Shown here: in pieces, positions 62,020 through 64,000 of the stretch
How the letters are laid out: each line of letters opens with the position of its first letter
How positions within the stretch are numbered: the first letter of the stretch is position 1
Source of the DNA: Eledone cirrhosa
Lineage: Eukaryota
Length of the DNA: 64,000 bases
Reading direction: 5' to 3'
Assembly (NCBI GenBank): GCA_964016885.1
Contig: OZ024749.1
Coordinates: 30,938,001-31,002,000, forward strand
Position numbers and translations under genes: made by a program
Notes under the pieces: generated by a model
What the model was told of the DNA's origin: nothing
The model's input: the letters and a program-made list of their open reading frames with translations, nothing else
The model's database searches: none

Positions 62020-63025
62020 AGTAATACGAATATTTATATTTATATATGTTTAATACAACTATAAATATGGAGGGTAGTACTAAGTACTAGGCAGTTACCT
62101 GTATGACTAAAGGCTCAATCGAAAATGTTCAAGTGTTTTATAGAGCCGAGATACACAGTGTTAAAACAATCAAATTTTAGTTTAGAACATTTATTTGCTG
62201 ACAATTGTTTCTTCCAGAGGGAAGTCTGGAATAATCGGAGCATAGGGTATGTCGTAATATGTTACTAAAATCCTAGTCATTTAGAAAATTTAGGGTACAT
62301 GATTGTTGTTAGTGTCATAGGCATCGTGTGGAGAGTCAGGAGTTAAAAAGATGTTCTGCTTGAAAGAACACAATTGCAGGCAGCTCTGGTTGAATGTGTA
62401 AGAGGTATAAGTGAAAAGCACAAGCAAACAAGTACAGGCAGAAAAGTTATAAGCAAGGAAAATTGGTGTACAATGCAGGAGTAAATAAAGTCAATAAGGC
62501 ATGTATGAGGAAAGAGTTATAATGTAGTTGAAATAAACATATTTTGTGTGGGGTGTTAAAGCATGTTATAATTGTTATAAATGCTTAAGATAGTGTGCAA
62601 TTTGTTAGAGATGCATGTGGTGATAATGTAGGTATTTGTTTTGTAAGGTGTAATGCAAAGTACGGGATAGAGTTGGATATGTGATTTTCATTCAAGTGAT
62701 TTTGTGTTGTAGTCCGTAATATGTGTATATGTTGTTTGTAACTCACAGCTATTAACCATGGCATTATATTGAGTCGTTTATAGTCAATAGGTGTTAATTG
62801 GTTAAATGTAAATTCCACCGAATTGCTTTGCAAAACACCTTACAAAACAAATACCTACATTATCTAACAACAATTATGTACCCTGAATGTTCTAAATGAC
62901 TAGAATTTTAGTAACATGTTTTCGACATTCTCTATGCTCCGATGATTCAGACTTCCCTCTGGAAGAAACAATTGTCAGCAAATAAATGTTTTAAACTAAA
63001 ATTTGATCGTTTTAACACTTTGTAT
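62020..63025. mobile_element. Fold-back HHR element
   Basis: ~62152-62312 is inverted at ~62864-63022, and ~62625-62655 is inverted at ~62826-62863. The tail at 62020-62150 abuts (TA)n. Confidence 0.75.
62935..62980 (+). ncRNA. Minimal hammerhead, CCGAUGA core variant; inverted copy at ~62196-62243
   Basis: tgct CCGATGA ttcaga cttccc tctggaa GAAA CAATTG TC agca, with a palindromic helix III. Confidence 0.7.
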
Positions 63026-63339
63026 ATATATGCATTCAATAAGATGATATCGATAAATCGATAGCTTAAATCTCGGAATAATAAACATATGTTAAAGGTG
63101 TGAGAAATTGTAAACTGTGGGAAGATAAAGAATGCCACAAAACCACTACGACAACGAAAATACAAACAGGTTAATACGGACCTGGACCTGATCGATAGAT
63201 ATTATAAAATATCTGCTATTAGTTTCTGGGAATCCTATATATATATATATATATATATATCCAGGGAGTGTAAAGTGAAGTTTCTGTAGGTTCACCCAGG
63301 TGAGTACTAGATGTTTAAATTTACGTCAGTGGCGAGGTG

Positions 63340-63372
<33 letters not shown>

Positions 63373-64000
63373 CGTATGTGTGTGTGTGTGTGTTTGTATG
63401 TATGTATAATGCGCCTCCCATACTTGGTGATATACACACATGCCTTTAATTTGTAGTATAAGTCTGTTGCTTAATGACAAATACACAGCGTGTGGATCAG
63501 CCCACCTCATGAATGCAATATATTATCATATTTCCTGAGATGAAAGAAGATTATTTATATTGATTCGCATTGATCTCAAACTTGTATTGGTGAAATTACG
63601 ATCGGTTTCAGCAGTGGTGATTAGAATATTATATATTTATATCTTATCTAACATCGAATGGATGGTGAAATAATCGGAATCTGCCTTAATTAAATTGATT
63701 AGATCGATACAAAGTATTGATAACTTTTCTAACATTGTTAATTAGTATAAATTGTTTCAAAACAAGCTTTCTATTTTAGTTATATAAAAGAGACCAAAGT
63801 TTATTAGATAACAATCTATAGAAGTATAACAATATGCATACAACAGAATATCGAACTTCTTATACAGGAGATCAATATTCAAGAATTTGATTTCTTTTTC
63901 ACATTTCATACAGGTGATATTCAGTTCAAACACGCTCATACACACACATACACATATACAAATCCATACATACACATACACTTGCACACACACATAAACA

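Overview
This is AT-rich eukaryotic intergenic or intronic DNA, most likely from an octopod cephalopod, judged from the SINE families and the extreme (TA)n density. I found no host protein-coding gene, and nearly all listed ORFs are (TA)n/(CA)n microsatellite artefacts. The real coding remnants are all from retroelements: a Penelope-like element (PLE) RT ORF between two pseudo-LTRs (52135-53870), a PLE GIY-YIG endonuclease fragment (25848-26645), an RTE-type LINE 3' end with a 5' inversion, and an R4/Dong-like RLE fragment. About 20 tRNA-derived SINE copies are also present. The main hidden signal is that the islands between (TA)n tracts are mostly short, non-coding fold-back elements. They belong to roughly 16 unrelated sequence families (about 30 copies), each carrying a type I hammerhead-ribozyme (HHR) fold that I read by eye. 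Several have variant cores (UUGANAA, CAGAAGA, CCGAUGA, CUGAUGG). They share one architecture: a direct arm ending in a ~70-115 nt tail and an inverted arm lacking that tail, both joined to (TA)n. Two families have ~540-560 nt tandem or permuted monomers suggestive of retrozyme-like circular RNAs. All folds and coordinates were derived manually and need computational and biochemical confirmation.
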